Shown: in pieces, positions 63,960-64,000 of the stretch
Layout: each line of letters begins with the position of its first letter
Numbering within the stretch: position 1 is the first letter of the stretch
Origin: the human T2T-CHM13v2.0 reference genome, Homo sapiens
Assembly (NCBI RefSeq): GCF_009914755.1
Contig: NC_060939.1
DNA length: 64,000 nucleotides
Strand: one strand, 5' to 3'
The notes under the pieces: model-generated
Databases searched by the model: none
What the model saw: only the letters and a program-made list of their open reading frames with translations
Told to the model about the DNA's origin: nothing
Position numbers and translations under genes: made by a program

Positions 63960-64000
63960 ATCAAGAAGTCCTCCATAACGGAAGACACTGAGCAGGGAGT
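63960..64000 (-). pseudogene. PPIP5K1P1: PPIP5K1P1 exon (partial, window edge)
   Basis: SLLSVFRYGGLLD|GTAAGG. Confidence 0.88.

Overview
Human genomic DNA, recognisable as the proximal copy of the ~100-kb 15q15.3 segmental duplication (DFNB16 / deafness-infertility locus). Minus strand: the 5' part of STRC (stereocilin; exons 1-16, c.1-3557, ATG at 10081, running off the left edge), a complete intact CATSPER2 (12 coding exons, 1593 nt = 530 aa, ATG 39420, stop 22059), and the distal exons of a 3'-truncated PPIP5K1 duplicate (PPIP5K1P1) entering from the right edge. Plus strand: a CpG-island bidirectional promoter with an ER-stress element, a crippled PDIA3 exon 1 (52-codon ORF), and a near full-length L1PA2/3-type LINE-1 with 16-bp TSDs and a 62-bp 3' transduction. 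Also present: about 50 Alus, MER1B, MER6, MLT1, L2/MIR, and U6 and U13 retropseudogenes. Most interesting result: CATSPER2 exon 2 begins AG|AC ATG, so any upstream phase-1 donor is fused in frame to the full channel subunit. Both the L1 antisense ORF0 donor and the last four PPIP5K1P1 exons end in such donors. Other highlights: a possible ERSE-driven secreted micropeptide from the PDIA3 remnant, a U12 intron in CATSPER2, a fossil 449-nt PPIP5K1 exon, a 4x RBFOX cluster and a fold-back lesion in L1 ORF2. Exon boundaries were read by hand. Gene names and reference proteins are from memory, not database searches.
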